A stretch of DNA of 64,000 nucleotides from Chloroflexota bacterium (GTDB taxonomy: Bacteria; Chloroflexota; UBA4733). Below the pieces are notes generated by a model. That model was not told where the DNA came from. It searched no databases and saw nothing but the letters and a program-made list of their open reading frames with translations. The number at the start of each line of letters is the position of its first letter. Positions within the stretch are counted from its first letter, which is position 1. The stretch spans positions 9,556-73,555 of the forward strand of contig JAMCRV010000091.1 of the NCBI GenBank assembly GCA_023381555.1, written 5' to 3'. This document shows positions 37,627 to 47,262 of this stretch, piece after piece. The position numbers were made by a program, and so were the translations under genes.

Positions 37627-38802
37627 CTACCTCGGCCCAAGCTGACGCTCTTCCTCGGTGACCGGTACGGCGTAGAGACCAGCACCTCGTCGCCGGCTGC
37701 GCGGAGGAGACGGAGACCGAGGATGTTCCTGCGTCTCTCGCTCGAGCGCCGCAAGCTTCTCCTCATCGATCGTGATCCCCAGCCCGGGGGAGTCTCCCAG
37801 GACGATGAAACCATTCTCAATATGATTGTCAGCGTGCCAGCATACTTCTCGACCAGCTTCCACCACCTCCATCATCATATGGTTGGGGAGAGCCGCCGCT
37901 ACATGGGCCATAACGTTGCCCGGACAGTTCATCATCGCGACTGGGAGCTCGAACCCAGCCGCCATATGCGCTACTTGGAGTGCACCGGTGATGCCCGTGG
38001 TACCCATCCCAATCTCCACAACGTCCACCGCCTCGTTGAGGATGAGCGGGGAGAAGTCACTCGCATCATTGAGGTTTTCACCCGTGGCAACAGCGGCGCG
38101 CACCGACTGCGACACTTTGCGGAGACCGCGGTAATCCCAGCGGCGCGCCGGCTCTTCGACCCAGGTAAGATCGAACCGCTCTTCAAACTGCCGGATGGCG
38201 CGAATAGCCTGCTTAGGAGACCAGTATTCGTTCGAATCAATCATGAGAGATGGGCGGGGCTGAACGAGGGACAGCTCCTCCTGAACGATCGCAAGCCTCC
38301 GAAGGTCAGCATCCATGTCAAGACCAACTTTGAGTTTGCCGGCGTCAACACCACGCCCGGCCATCCGCCGGTAGAAGGCACGCAGCTCAGCATCCGTGAG
38401 GCACATGTCGATGCCACTGGCATATGCCTTACAGCGCCCATCGAGTGCGCCGAGAGTCTTCCACAACGGCTCGAGGTTGATCTTTGCTTTCAGATCCCAG
38501 AGCGCGATGTCCAACGCACTGATTGCAGCTTTCCACTCACCTTCGTTGCCGCCCTTGAAGACGGCAGCGATCATGCTCTGCCACAGGCCAACGACTCCTC
38601 GCGGGTCCAGGCCGATGAGCAACGGAGCCAGACTGGGCACCGCACTTCCACCCAGCGGGGCCACACCAGTGATACCCTCATCAGTCTCTATGAATGTGAA
38701 ACCGCCAGTCATATCGTCAAACCCGAGCGGCCAGTTCGCATCGCCAATCTTCCGCGCACTCCGGTAGCGATAGCTTCTCTGGGAAACGTTGACGATTCTC
38801 AT
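37627..38802 (-). CDS. Enolase-superfamily enzyme (mandelate racemase/muconate-lactonizing enzyme family).
   Basis: An MR/MLE N-terminal capping domain and a TIM-barrel with KLKVGLD and metal-ligand Asp/Glu positions are present. The long antisense ORF at 37624..38838 (+) was rejected. Confidence 0.7.
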   Translation of the reverse strand: MRIVNVSQRSYRYRSARKIGDANWPLGFDDMTGGFTFIETDEGITGVAPLGGSAVPSLAPLLIGLDPRGVVGLWQSMIAAVFKGGNEGEWKAAISALDIALWDLKAKINLEPLWKTLGALDGRCKAYASGIDMCLTDAELRAFYRRMAGRGVDAGKLKVGLDMDADLRRLAIVQEELSLVQPRPSLMIDSNEYWSPKQAIRAIRQFEERFDLTWVEEPARRWDYRGLRKVSQSVRAAVATGENLNDASDFSPLILNEAVDVVEIGMGTTGITGALQVAHMAAGFELPVAMMNCPGNVMAHVAAALPNHMMMEVVEAGREVCWHADNHIENGFIVLGDSPGLGITIDEEKLAALERETQEHPRSPSPPRSRRRGAGLYAVPVTEEERQLGPR

Positions 38803-38940
38803 AAGCCTCTTTCTCGCACCGTGGCCTCAGCCAACTAACCCTCTAGCATCCAGTGACGCTGCCATCACGTCGCGCTCCAGCGAGCACCTGAGGATGTAGC
38901 ACACTGGTGTTAGCAGGTCAAAGTGGCAAGCACGATAGCA

Positions 38941-38977
38941 AGCAGAGCTGGACCTAATGCGTAGGTCCAGCTCTGCT
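38941..38977. terminator. Perfect 15-bp-stem hairpin 14 nt downstream of the copZ stop.
   Basis: AGCAGAGCTGGACCT-AATGCGT-AGGTCCAGCTCTGCT. There is no clear U-tract, so it could be a terminator or a protein-binding palindrome. Confidence 0.5.
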
Positions 38978-38990
38978 TCCTCCGGCTACC

Positions 38991-39206
38991 TTAGCGCACG
39001 GCAGCGACGGGATACTCCTCTTCAGCAAGAGCCGCTTTGAGTGCATCTACACCGACCCTACTGGTATCGTAGGTCACAGTCACGAGTTTCTGGGGAATGC
39101 TGACTTCGACCTGGGCGACTCCCGCGAGCTTGCCGAGCGCACTTTTCACAGTCCGCTCACAGTGCTCACAGCTGATGTCTGGGACAACGAGGATACTGGT
39201 CACCAT
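38991..39206 (-). CDS. copZ: Heavy-metal-associated (HMA) domain copper chaperone.
   Basis: 71 aa with a ferredoxin-like HMA fold and a metal-binding CxxC (ISCEHC). Confidence 0.75.
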   Translation of the reverse strand: MVTSILVVPDISCEHCERTVKSALGKLAGVAQVEVSIPQKLVTVTYDTSRVGVDALKAALAEEEYPVAAVR

Positions 39207-39346
39207 CTCTAAATTCTCCTTAGAAAACTCATCTCACCGTGACCACCTGCCCCCCGCTTGTGACGAGGGCATTGCAGTCTCACGTGCTCAACCCTGTGAG
39301 TTACTTGAGTGGGAAGGTGTTCTTGGAGTGGACACTTGCGCGCTCC

Positions 39347-39727
39347 TTAGCTATTCTCCACAGCGCAGCAGCTCGATGCACCCAGCACTTCCACCGAGCT
39401 CAGGTCAGCATCACTCCCGGTGAAGCCGCCGCTGTATTTCAGAGCGGCCATAAGCTCATCGATCTTCTGCTCACCCTGACCAGCACGAATGGCCTCGGCC
39501 ACACACGTCGAGAGATGGTTACGCAGGATCGCCCTGTTGACACGTTCAAGCTGGGCCTGCACAGCCGATAGCTGTTTCATGAGGTCGACGCAGTAGACCC
39601 CTTGATCGACCATGCGCCGTACTGCCTCGAGCTGGCCTGCCGCTACCTTCAACCCAATCTCGACGTCTCGCTGAACACCAGCACGCATTCGTAAACCTTC
39701 CCAACCCCACCCCTGGTGGGGTGACAT
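39347..39727 (-). CDS. csoR: CsoR/RcnR-family metal-sensing transcriptional repressor.
   Basis: It carries the CsoR-family helical bundle with the C-H-C copper ligand pattern. It lies upstream of copZ. The real start is probably an internal Met (MRAGVQRD, ~39688). Confidence 0.75.
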   Translation of the reverse strand: MSPHQGWGWEGLRMRAGVQRDVEIGLKVAAGQLEAVRRMVDQGVYCVDLMKQLSAVQAQLERVNRAILRNHLSTCVAEAIRAGQGEQKIDELMAALKYSGGFTGSDADLSSVEVLGASSCCAVENS

Positions 39728-39949
39728 CAGTCTACCAGATCATGATTCGTGTCACATCAACCGTCGTGCTACGCTCTGCCGCAGCAAGCCAGAGGAGAAG
39801 CACAGTGAAAATCCGCGACATCACTCTGCCCGTGCGGTCCTAGCCGATTCTCTGCCACGATGTGCGCTGGAGCCTACAGAGACGCCTTGATGGCTGCAGC
39901 TTCTCCGTGCGGCGCGTCGCACTTGGTACCCCTGGTTCCTGGAGCAGGT

Positions 39950-40405
39950 TCATCGCGCATCGCGACCGGAGTGCTGCGCCAGCGACTCAAACTCATCCCG
40001 CGACAGTGAGAGCTTGATCCGCTCCGGCGAGACGCTCTGAACCACCCGGCTGGGAACATCCGTTAGCTGCTCGCCGAAAACGCTACCGTGGCGTACGACG
40101 AGGCGTTGTACCGTACCATCAGCATCCACCTCGATCTCTTCAACACGTCCAAGTCGCCCATCCTTGCCCTCCACCGGGGTCTGGGGGCTAATGGCCGTCT
40201 CACCAGCCGGAATGAATTCTTGGGTAACAGGAGTGGGAATCGTAGGCGCCCCGATGGGACCCAGCAGAGCCTCGATAGCAGCAAAGAGATATTGCTGTGG
40301 TAGATAACCGAGCGTCGGATGAGGCTGATCCGGCAATAGGAAAACTCGTTGATCGAACAGCGCCATCTGCTCGAGCTCTGCGAGCGAACACGACAGTACC
40401 AGCAC
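39950..40405 (-). CDS. Hypothetical protein, possibly with a PRC-barrel-like domain.
   Basis: GKDGRLGRVEEIEVDADGTVQRLVV resembles a PRC-barrel core. Weak evidence. Confidence 0.3.
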   Translation of the reverse strand: MLVLSCSLAELEQMALFDQRVFLLPDQPHPTLGYLPQQYLFAAIEALLGPIGAPTIPTPVTQEFIPAGETAISPQTPVEGKDGRLGRVEEIEVDADGTVQRLVVRHGSVFGEQLTDVPSRVVQSVSPERIKLSLSRDEFESLAQHSGRDAR

Positions 40406-40794
40406 GCCCTGCTCAATGCCACGTACCTGCGCAAGAGGGACGAGGCGGTGCTCACGATGGTGAGTGGCCGTTTCCGTCTCCTTGCGCTACACTGCGAGGA
40501 GCGAGGCAATGAGCAGGCCTTCCACACCCACCGCCCGAGCCGCTCGCATTGCTCCGCAAGCACGTGTCGGACAGAACCCCGGTGAGGCTGTGCTCCGCGC
40601 TCCCATCCAGAGGTAAGAATGACAAGCCGGAAAAATACGTGGCACGGCTGGTCGCATTCATTCGTGTGGATCAACACGAAGACCCGCTAGACCAAGCGAG
40701 CTCTGTGGGAGGATCACCCGTTCGCTACTCTAAAGGGCTACACTCATCACCGCTGTGTGAATGCCCGCGTCACGAGCACGAACGGAGTAGATCG

Positions 40795-42174
40795 TTGAGC
40801 TCATCCCGGCCAAATATCGTCTTCATCGCGGCGGATACGCTTCGTCCGGACCACCTGTCGGCCTACGGCTACACGCGTCCTACCAGCCCCAACATTGATC
40901 GTCTTGCTGAGGAGGGCGCACTCTTCAGTGACTATCAGGCCGCCCAGATCCCGACGCATCCTGCGTTTACGACCCTCCTGACTGGCGTCGACCCGCTCTA
41001 CCACGGCATCCTATCGCACTCTGGCACGCGCCAGCTTCGCCCGTCAGTGCCCATGCTGCCGCAGCGGTTGCAAGCGGCCGGATATATCACGGGTGGCGTC
41101 GACAACATGATGGCAATGCAGACCGGGCCGAGCTGGTTCGCACGCGGCTTCGACTATTTCCGTATCTACCGCTATACACCAGGGACTGGCGAGGCAGCGC
41201 GTGTTACCAACTGGGCGCTGAGCTTGCTCGACTTGCTCACTCAAGAGCAACGGCCATTCTTCCTGTTCCTGCACTACTTCGATCCCCACACTCCCTACGC
41301 CCCTCCGGCGGAATTTCAGCGGCGCTTCTACTCGGGAGACGAATGCGATCCAGCGAACACATCCTTGCACAATGCCATCCCAGAAGATGACCGGCTCACG
41401 CCGCTGCTCCTTGGTAACCTCACGACCCGCGGCGTCACCGACTTCAACTACGTCATAGCTCAATACGACGGTGAGATTGCCTTCATGGATCGCGAGATTG
41501 GCCGTCTACTGAACGAGCTTGACGCCCGCTCCCTGTCCCGCAACACTCTGGTGGTCTTGCTCTCCGACCATGGGGAAGCCTTCGGCGAAGGTGGCTTGGT
41601 GTTCGATCACCACACTATTCATAATGCCGTGACCAGGTGCGCATTGCTCCTCAGACTCCCGGGAGAGATTCCAGAGGGACTGAGAGTTTCGAGTCTGGCA
41701 TCCAGTATGGACGTCACGCCAACAATTCTCGACCTCTGTGAGCTGCCACTCATCCAGCCCACAGAGGTCGCTGGAGTCAGTCTCACGCCTCTGTTGAGAG
41801 GTGCTCCTAGCGTGCGCCTGTCAGCGCCGATCGGCGAAGCCTCCCGCCAGGTGAGTCACGGCGTCGTCACGCCCGAATGGCGCCTCATCGAGCCGGTCAC
41901 GGCTCGCACCGATGGCACCCCGCTGCCCGATTTCCTCGGCCGGCCGCGCGATCCGCATATTCAGCTCTTCGACCGGCGCAGCGATCCTCACGAGCAACAT
42001 AACGTCGCTACACAGCACCCGCAGATGGTCGCAGTACTGCAACGCCTCATGCGAGAGCGCCTGGAACGGCTTCACCCCTACACTGGAGTAGATGACCCGT
42101 TCCGTCACTGCTCGCTGACACTGGACTTCGAGACGATGGTGGCACGGCATAACACCCGGGCCACGTCCGCATGA
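40795..42174 (+). CDS. Alkaline-phosphatase-superfamily 'sulfatase' domain protein, with Thr in place of the formylglycine Cys/Ser.
   Basis: The N-terminal sulfatase-fold metal-binding region PNIVFIAADTLRPDHLSAYGY is present, as is downstream GLVFDHH. The expected C/S-x-P-x-R motif reads T-H-P-A-F (QIPTHPAFTTLLTG). The start is reassigned to TTG at 40795, which has a GGAG ribosome-binding site 8 nt upstream; the ORF track start at 40549 gives an 80-aa extension with no homology. Confidence 0.75.
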   Translation: MSSSRPNIVFIAADTLRPDHLSAYGYTRPTSPNIDRLAEEGALFSDYQAAQIPTHPAFTTLLTGVDPLYHGILSHSGTRQLRPSVPMLPQRLQAAGYITGGVDNMMAMQTGPSWFARGFDYFRIYRYTPGTGEAARVTNWALSLLDLLTQEQRPFFLFLHYFDPHTPYAPPAEFQRRFYSGDECDPANTSLHNAIPEDDRLTPLLLGNLTTRGVTDFNYVIAQYDGEIAFMDREIGRLLNELDARSLSRNTLVVLLSDHGEAFGEGGLVFDHHTIHNAVTRCALLLRLPGEIPEGLRVSSLASSMDVTPTILDLCELPLIQPTEVAGVSLTPLLRGAPSVRLSAPIGEASRQVSHGVVTPEWRLIEPVTARTDGTPLPDFLGRPRDPHIQLFDRRSDPHEQHNVATQHPQMVAVLQRLMRERLERLHPYTGVDDPFRHCSLTLDFETMVARHNTRATSA

Positions 42175-42355
42175 ACCCTGTGCTGGAACTGCGCCCTAGT
42201 GGTCAGAGGTCAATCCATTGGCCGGGACGATGCCCGTTCGAAGCTACAGCAGCATTCTGTCGAAGATAACTATCTGGTGCACTTCTACAAGGGGATGGCA
42301 TAGCGTGTTCAGCGCTGTGCAGTTCTCTCTCGATAAGTAAGGATTCCTACGAGGG

Positions 42356-43534
42356 CTAGCGGGTAGCTGGTGTCGAGCGTAACTCTTCAACCTTATGCGC
42401 TGTTTCAACAAGCAGCTTGTTGAAAGCCTCTTCAAACAGCCTGACGCCATCGTTCTCGAGCTCATCGGTCAACTCTTCAAAACTGATGTTGAGGTCTGCC
42501 AGGAGCTGAATCCGAGCACGCGCGGCGTCTACGTTTTCCTTCGCGGTCAAACCGCGCACGACACCATGGTCGCGAAAAGCATCAATGGTCTGCGGTGGCA
42601 TAGTGTTGACGGTCTGCTCCGCAATGAGCTCCTCCACATAGAGAACATCACGCCGCTTCGGATCCTTCATACTGGTGCTGGCCCATAGAGGCCGCTGCAC
42701 TTGAGCCCCTTGTGGCGCGAGCGCTGCGAAGCGCGGATTCGCTGAGCTGAAAATCTCCTCGAAGCGCGCATAAGCGAGCTTCGCATTGGCTATCGCGATA
42801 GTGCCCAACAGACTCTCGAGCTGGGCTCGCTCAGTATCACTTGTTGAGGCTTCGATCCTGCCACGTAAGGTCTTGTCCACGATGGTGTCCACACGGCTTA
42901 CGAAGAAGCTTGCGACCGAGGCCAGATCCCGAACCGGAAGACCCGCCTTCACGCGCGCTTCCATCGCCTCGATGAAAGCCCAGGCTACCGCCTCGTAGTG
43001 ATCCAAGGAGAATAGCAGGGTCACGTTGATGTTGATGCCCTCGCTCAGGCACCGCCGGATTGCCGGGACGCCCTCAACCGTACCCGGAATCTTGACCATC
43101 ACGTTCGGCCGGCCCACAGCCTGCCACAAGCGCCTCGCTTCAGTGATCGTCTCCTCTGTATTACGAGCGAGGTTCGGCGCGACTTCGATGCTTACGAAGC
43201 CATCGCGATGCCCCGTCGCTTCCCATGTAGGGCGAAGCACGTCGGCGGTACTTCGAATGTCCTCAAGCATGAGCGCATCGAGAATTGCAGGGGCCTCCTG
43301 ACCCTCACCGAGGAGTTGGCGGATCGCACCGTCGTACTCGCCCCCTGAGCCAATAGCCTTCTCGAAGATGGATGGGTTCGACGTCACCCCGCTGATGCCA
43401 TCCTCTTCGACGAGCTGCTTGAGCTGACCAGTTTGGAGTTGCCTTCGCGTGATATTGTCTTGCCAGACGCTCTGCCCCAACCCCTCCAACTTGCGCAGGC
43501 GATTCGTAGAGGCGTTCTGTGCGACCGAAGCCAC
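42356..43534 (-). CDS. tal: Transaldolase.
   Basis: The signature is QSVWQDNITRRQL...GISGVTSNPSIFEKAI, with an ~390-aa architecture. Confidence 0.85.
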   Translation of the reverse strand: MASVAQNASTNRLRKLEGLGQSVWQDNITRRQLQTGQLKQLVEEDGISGVTSNPSIFEKAIGSGGEYDGAIRQLLGEGQEAPAILDALMLEDIRSTADVLRPTWEATGHRDGFVSIEVAPNLARNTEETITEARRLWQAVGRPNVMVKIPGTVEGVPAIRRCLSEGININVTLLFSLDHYEAVAWAFIEAMEARVKAGLPVRDLASVASFFVSRVDTIVDKTLRGRIEASTSDTERAQLESLLGTIAIANAKLAYARFEEIFSSANPRFAALAPQGAQVQRPLWASTSMKDPKRRDVLYVEELIAEQTVNTMPPQTIDAFRDHGVVRGLTAKENVDAARARIQLLADLNISFEELTDELENDGVRLFEEAFNKLLVETAHKVEELRSTPATR

Positions 43535-43893
43535 GGTGCTACTCCTTATACTCTGCAGTGTCCATCGCGCCGCTGCAATGAGCTAGCGCACGTTGCGGCG
43601 GTACTCCTATAGGCATTGTCCCAGAAACTTGAACCTTCTGCCAGTTACTTCCAGCAGTGATCGTACATCGTGAGCACCAGGCAGGATGAAGACGATCTGA
43701 CAACGCTGTCGCAGGACGGCAAACTCAGGGTGTTGGCCTCTCTAGGGCAGCCGGCAGTGCGGACAGCGCCAGTGCCAACCTGGGGACGGAGACACCGCCG
43801 TGGTAGCTTCCTCGAAGGAAGAATGACATCTCTGCTCGAAACCAACGTCGTGTACAATGGTAACAATGGCAACTCGTTGGGAAAGGCTGCTTC

Positions 43894-45240
43894 ATGGTGG
43901 CGCTGCCACTGTCTCGCCGCACCGTCATCAAGTCCCTCGGCTCAGCGTCTCTCAGTTTCACAGTCGCAAGCATTCTCGCCAGTTGTGGGCTAACCGGAAG
44001 GCCGGCTGCTGCTAAGGTGAAGTTCGAATACTGGCACAGCTGGTCGAATCCGCCCATCATCACAGCGGTAGCGGGGGCGTGTGATCAGTACAACGCCCAG
44101 CATCCCGACCAGGAAGTTATTCCACGCTGGGGCATACCTGCAACTCGCGGTCTACTGGCTGCTGCAGGAGGGCAGCCACCCGCCGTGTTCACCCTCTATC
44201 CCGGCGGCACACTTTCAGCATGGGCCAGTAACGGCGCGCTGCGCGGCCTCAACGAATATGTGAAGGCTAGCCACTACGACCTCAACCGTTTCGTCCAGTC
44301 CCAGATCGTCCACGCGATCTTCCAGGGGCAGCTCTATGCGTTGCCTCTGGGAATGGGCGCGTATATGCTCTACTATAATCGCAAGATCTTTGCGGAAGAA
44401 GGTATCGCCTCTCCACCACAGACTCTTCAAGAAGCATTCGACCTCAGCAACAAGATCAGCAAGAAATCAACCGCGGGCTACAGCCGCATCGGTTTCCTTC
44501 CATTCTCCGGCTTTGCTGGAAACGGATCAGGCTTTGGTCTCTACGCCTATCTCTTCGGTGGCAAGCTCTGGAGCGGGAAGAGGCAACAGTTCACGATCGA
44601 TGCACCCCAGAACCTGGTTGCTCTCAAATGGCTACAAGAATACTATCAGCACTATGGTGCCACGAGTGTTGATGAATTCACGGCAGGTTTCGGTAGCCAG
44701 GCGCAGGACCCGTTCTTCGCAGGAAAGCTCGTCTTCGAGATCAACGGACAGTGGGAAGTCTTCAATGCTCATAACTTCAAACCAAACCTCGACTATGACG
44801 TCGCGCCGATCCCCTACGATGAGCAGCACCCCGAGTTCAAGAACTCAACACAGACTCGAGGAAACTCTCTGGTGCTCCCAAAGGGGTCAATGCATCCCGA
44901 GCACGGCTGGAGCTTCATCACGTGGATGCAAACGGGAGACGCCCCCGTTATTATGGCCCGAGCTGTCAACAACATGCCAGCGGTGAAGTCGTATCTCACC
45001 AACAAGCAGCTCACCTCGATAGACCCGCGCTACGCTCACTTCTTGGAATACCTCCGCTCGGGGAATATCCAGCCACAGTGGCCAGCAACGCCGGTTACAA
45101 GCCTGCTAGCGAACACGCTTCAGACTGGCGTCGATGCTGCGACACACGGAAGTGAAACAGCCCCAGCGGCACTCGCTCATGCTCAGAGCGTCATGGAGCA
45201 GAACCTTGCTCAGGCCCAACTTCGTCAGCGCCAGCCCTAA
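43894..45240 (+). CDS. ABC transporter substrate-binding lipoprotein (carbohydrate, SBP family 1).
   Basis: A lipoprotein signal (LASCG) and an SBP_bac_1 pattern are present. It is followed by two permease genes. Confidence 0.85.
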   Translation: MVALPLSRRTVIKSLGSASLSFTVASILASCGLTGRPAAAKVKFEYWHSWSNPPIITAVAGACDQYNAQHPDQEVIPRWGIPATRGLLAAAGGQPPAVFTLYPGGTLSAWASNGALRGLNEYVKASHYDLNRFVQSQIVHAIFQGQLYALPLGMGAYMLYYNRKIFAEEGIASPPQTLQEAFDLSNKISKKSTAGYSRIGFLPFSGFAGNGSGFGLYAYLFGGKLWSGKRQQFTIDAPQNLVALKWLQEYYQHYGATSVDEFTAGFGSQAQDPFFAGKLVFEINGQWEVFNAHNFKPNLDYDVAPIPYDEQHPEFKNSTQTRGNSLVLPKGSMHPEHGWSFITWMQTGDAPVIMARAVNNMPAVKSYLTNKQLTSIDPRYAHFLEYLRSGNIQPQWPATPVTSLLANTLQTGVDAATHGSETAPAALAHAQSVMEQNLAQAQLRQRQP

Positions 45241-45437
45241 ATCAAACCAGAATGGCGTTGCGAAGGAGGTCCTCTCCCCCTGCCCCTCACCCCAAGCTTG
45301 GGGGAGGGGTGGCGAGCCTTAGCGAGCCGGGGTGAGGGCTTCGCCTTTCGCAACACCACCGTGGAAGGACTTAGCAGTGAGAGCTGGCGCGCCCGAGATA
45401 CAATCTCGCTGCTAAACCAAACTAAAGGAGTAAGCCT

Positions 45438-46370
45438 GTGGCAACGATAGCCAGAAGCCGCGCTGAGGCTTCTGCCCCGGTCTCGGTCGCGATGCGACGG
45501 CGCAACACACGGGTCGGTGTACTCTTTGCCCTGCCATTCCTCATCGGGTTCCTTACCTTGCAGGTCTATCCACTCATCGCCTCCTTCTACTACAGCTTCA
45601 CACAGTTCAACGTCTTCCAGTCACCGATCTGGATCGGCGGACAGAACTACGCTCAGCTCATCCACGATCCTCTCTTCTGGACCTCGCTGCAAGATACGTT
45701 CTTCATGGTGGTCATCGGCATTCCCATTCAGCTCGTCCTGGCGTTCCTGGTGGCACTGCTACTCAATAGCAAAGTGAAGGGAATCGCTGTCTTCCGCACC
45801 TTTGTCTATCTCCCAACCGTCACTCCGATTGTGGCCTCCTCGCTCCTGTGGCTGTGGTTGCTCAATCCGGTGTACGGCCCCATCAACTTTGTGTGGGTAC
45901 ACCTGCTGCATACACAAGGCCCCGGCTGGTTCGCGACAGCGGCATGGGCGAAGCCAGCCATGATCGTTATGGGCCTGTGGGGTATCGGGACGGCAATGAT
46001 CGTATTCCTGGCAGCCCTTCAGGGCGTACCAGAGCAACTGTACGAAGCAGCACGGATCGACGGTGCGAACGGCTGGCAACGAGCGCTCCGTGTCACCCTC
46101 CCACTCATCTCACCAGCAACTTTCTTTCTACTCATCACACACGTGATAGACACGCTGCAGATCTTCGCAAGTGCGTACATCGTCGCCAGTGGCGGCGGCG
46201 GACCGCAGAACGCACTGCTCTTCTATGCAGTCTATCTCTACCAGAATGCGTTCAACTACCTGAAGATGGGATACGCATCAGCAATGGCCTGGCTTCTATT
46301 CATCGTCATCGTGTTCCTGACGCTACTCATCTTTCGCTCCGGTCGCCGCTGGGTGTACTACGAAGGGTAA
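45438..46370 (+). CDS. ABC sugar transporter permease (MalF/UgpA-like).
   Basis: It has six transmembrane helices and an EAA loop (EAARIDGANGWQRALRVTLPL). Confidence 0.85.
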   Translation: MATIARSRAEASAPVSVAMRRRNTRVGVLFALPFLIGFLTLQVYPLIASFYYSFTQFNVFQSPIWIGGQNYAQLIHDPLFWTSLQDTFFMVVIGIPIQLVLAFLVALLLNSKVKGIAVFRTFVYLPTVTPIVASSLLWLWLLNPVYGPINFVWVHLLHTQGPGWFATAAWAKPAMIVMGLWGIGTAMIVFLAALQGVPEQLYEAARIDGANGWQRALRVTLPLISPATFFLLITHVIDTLQIFASAYIVASGGGGPQNALLFYAVYLYQNAFNYLKMGYASAMAWLLFIVIVFLTLLIFRSGRRWVYYEG

Positions 46371-46375
46371 ACGCA

Positions 46376-47251
46376 TTGTCTCAACGCACACTTGCATTCG
46401 ACGCACCTACGATCCGGCGTCACCATTCCAGGTCTTCTCTTACGCCAGCGTTGCGCTATCTGATACTCACCATTATTGGGCTGCTCTTCGCCTTCCCTTT
46501 CCTCTGGATGGTGAGTACATCGCTCAAGACAACGCAAGCCGTCTTCAAAGTGCCGCCTCAGATCCTTCCGATCCCACCGCAGTGGTCTAACTACGCCGTA
46601 GCGTTCACACAAGTACCTTTTCTGCTCTATCTCCGGAATACGCTCATCATTGCCGTGTTCGGAACCATTGGTGCACTCTTCTGTGCCTCTCTGGTGGGCT
46701 ACTCGCTCAGTCGCGTCGATTGGTGGGGAAGACGCTGGCTCCTGCCACTAGTACTGGTGAGCATGATGCTGCCATTCCAGGTGAAGATGGTGCCAACGTT
46801 CCTGATCTTCACCTGGATCCACTGGATCGGGACATTCCTCCCGCTCATTGTGCCCAGCTTCATCAACGTGCCGCTCTTCATTTTCCTCATGCGGCAGTTC
46901 TATCTCACACTCCCCTTTGAGCTGGCTGATGCAGCGCGTGCCGATGGGGCAAATGAATGGCAGGTGTTCTGGTCAATCGTCCTCCCGCTCACACGGCCAG
47001 CTCTCGCCAGTGTGGCCATCTTCTCTTTTCTGGGCCACTGGAACGACTTTCAAGGGCCGCTAATCTACCTCACGCACCAGAATGATTTCACGCTCTCTAT
47101 CGGTTTGCAGGCATTTCAGTCTGATCATGCCACCGAGTGGGCGCCCCTGATGGCTGCGGCCACAGTCTTCACGCTCCCGGTCGTTATCCTGTTCTTCGCA
47201 TTGCAGCGCTATTTCGTCCAAGGATTGGCAGTGACGGGGCTCAAAGGCTAG
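46376..47251 (+). CDS. ABC sugar transporter permease (MalG/UgpE-like).
   Basis: An EAA loop is present (DAARADGANEWQVFWSIVLPLTRP). The start was chosen at TTG 46376, just after the upstream stop. The 467-aa ORF listed from 45848 is a frame artefact that overlaps the first permease. Confidence 0.85.
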   Translation: MSQRTLAFDAPTIRRHHSRSSLTPALRYLILTIIGLLFAFPFLWMVSTSLKTTQAVFKVPPQILPIPPQWSNYAVAFTQVPFLLYLRNTLIIAVFGTIGALFCASLVGYSLSRVDWWGRRWLLPLVLVSMMLPFQVKMVPTFLIFTWIHWIGTFLPLIVPSFINVPLFIFLMRQFYLTLPFELADAARADGANEWQVFWSIVLPLTRPALASVAIFSFLGHWNDFQGPLIYLTHQNDFTLSIGLQAFQSDHATEWAPLMAAATVFTLPVVILFFALQRYFVQGLAVTGLKG

Positions 47252-47262
47252 GGACGGAGGGC

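Noticed and set aside
37624-38838. A 404-aa ORF on the plus strand, opposite the enolase-superfamily gene.
   Set aside because: It is antisense to a gene with clear MR/MLE homology. The protein is Arg/Pro-rich with low complexity and has no recognisable domain. This is typical of high-GC antisense frames.
45848-47251. A 467-aa ORF suggesting one large permease.
   Set aside because: The first ~175 codons are an alternative frame overlapping the upstream permease gene. The real second permease starts at TTG 46376, right after the first permease stop.
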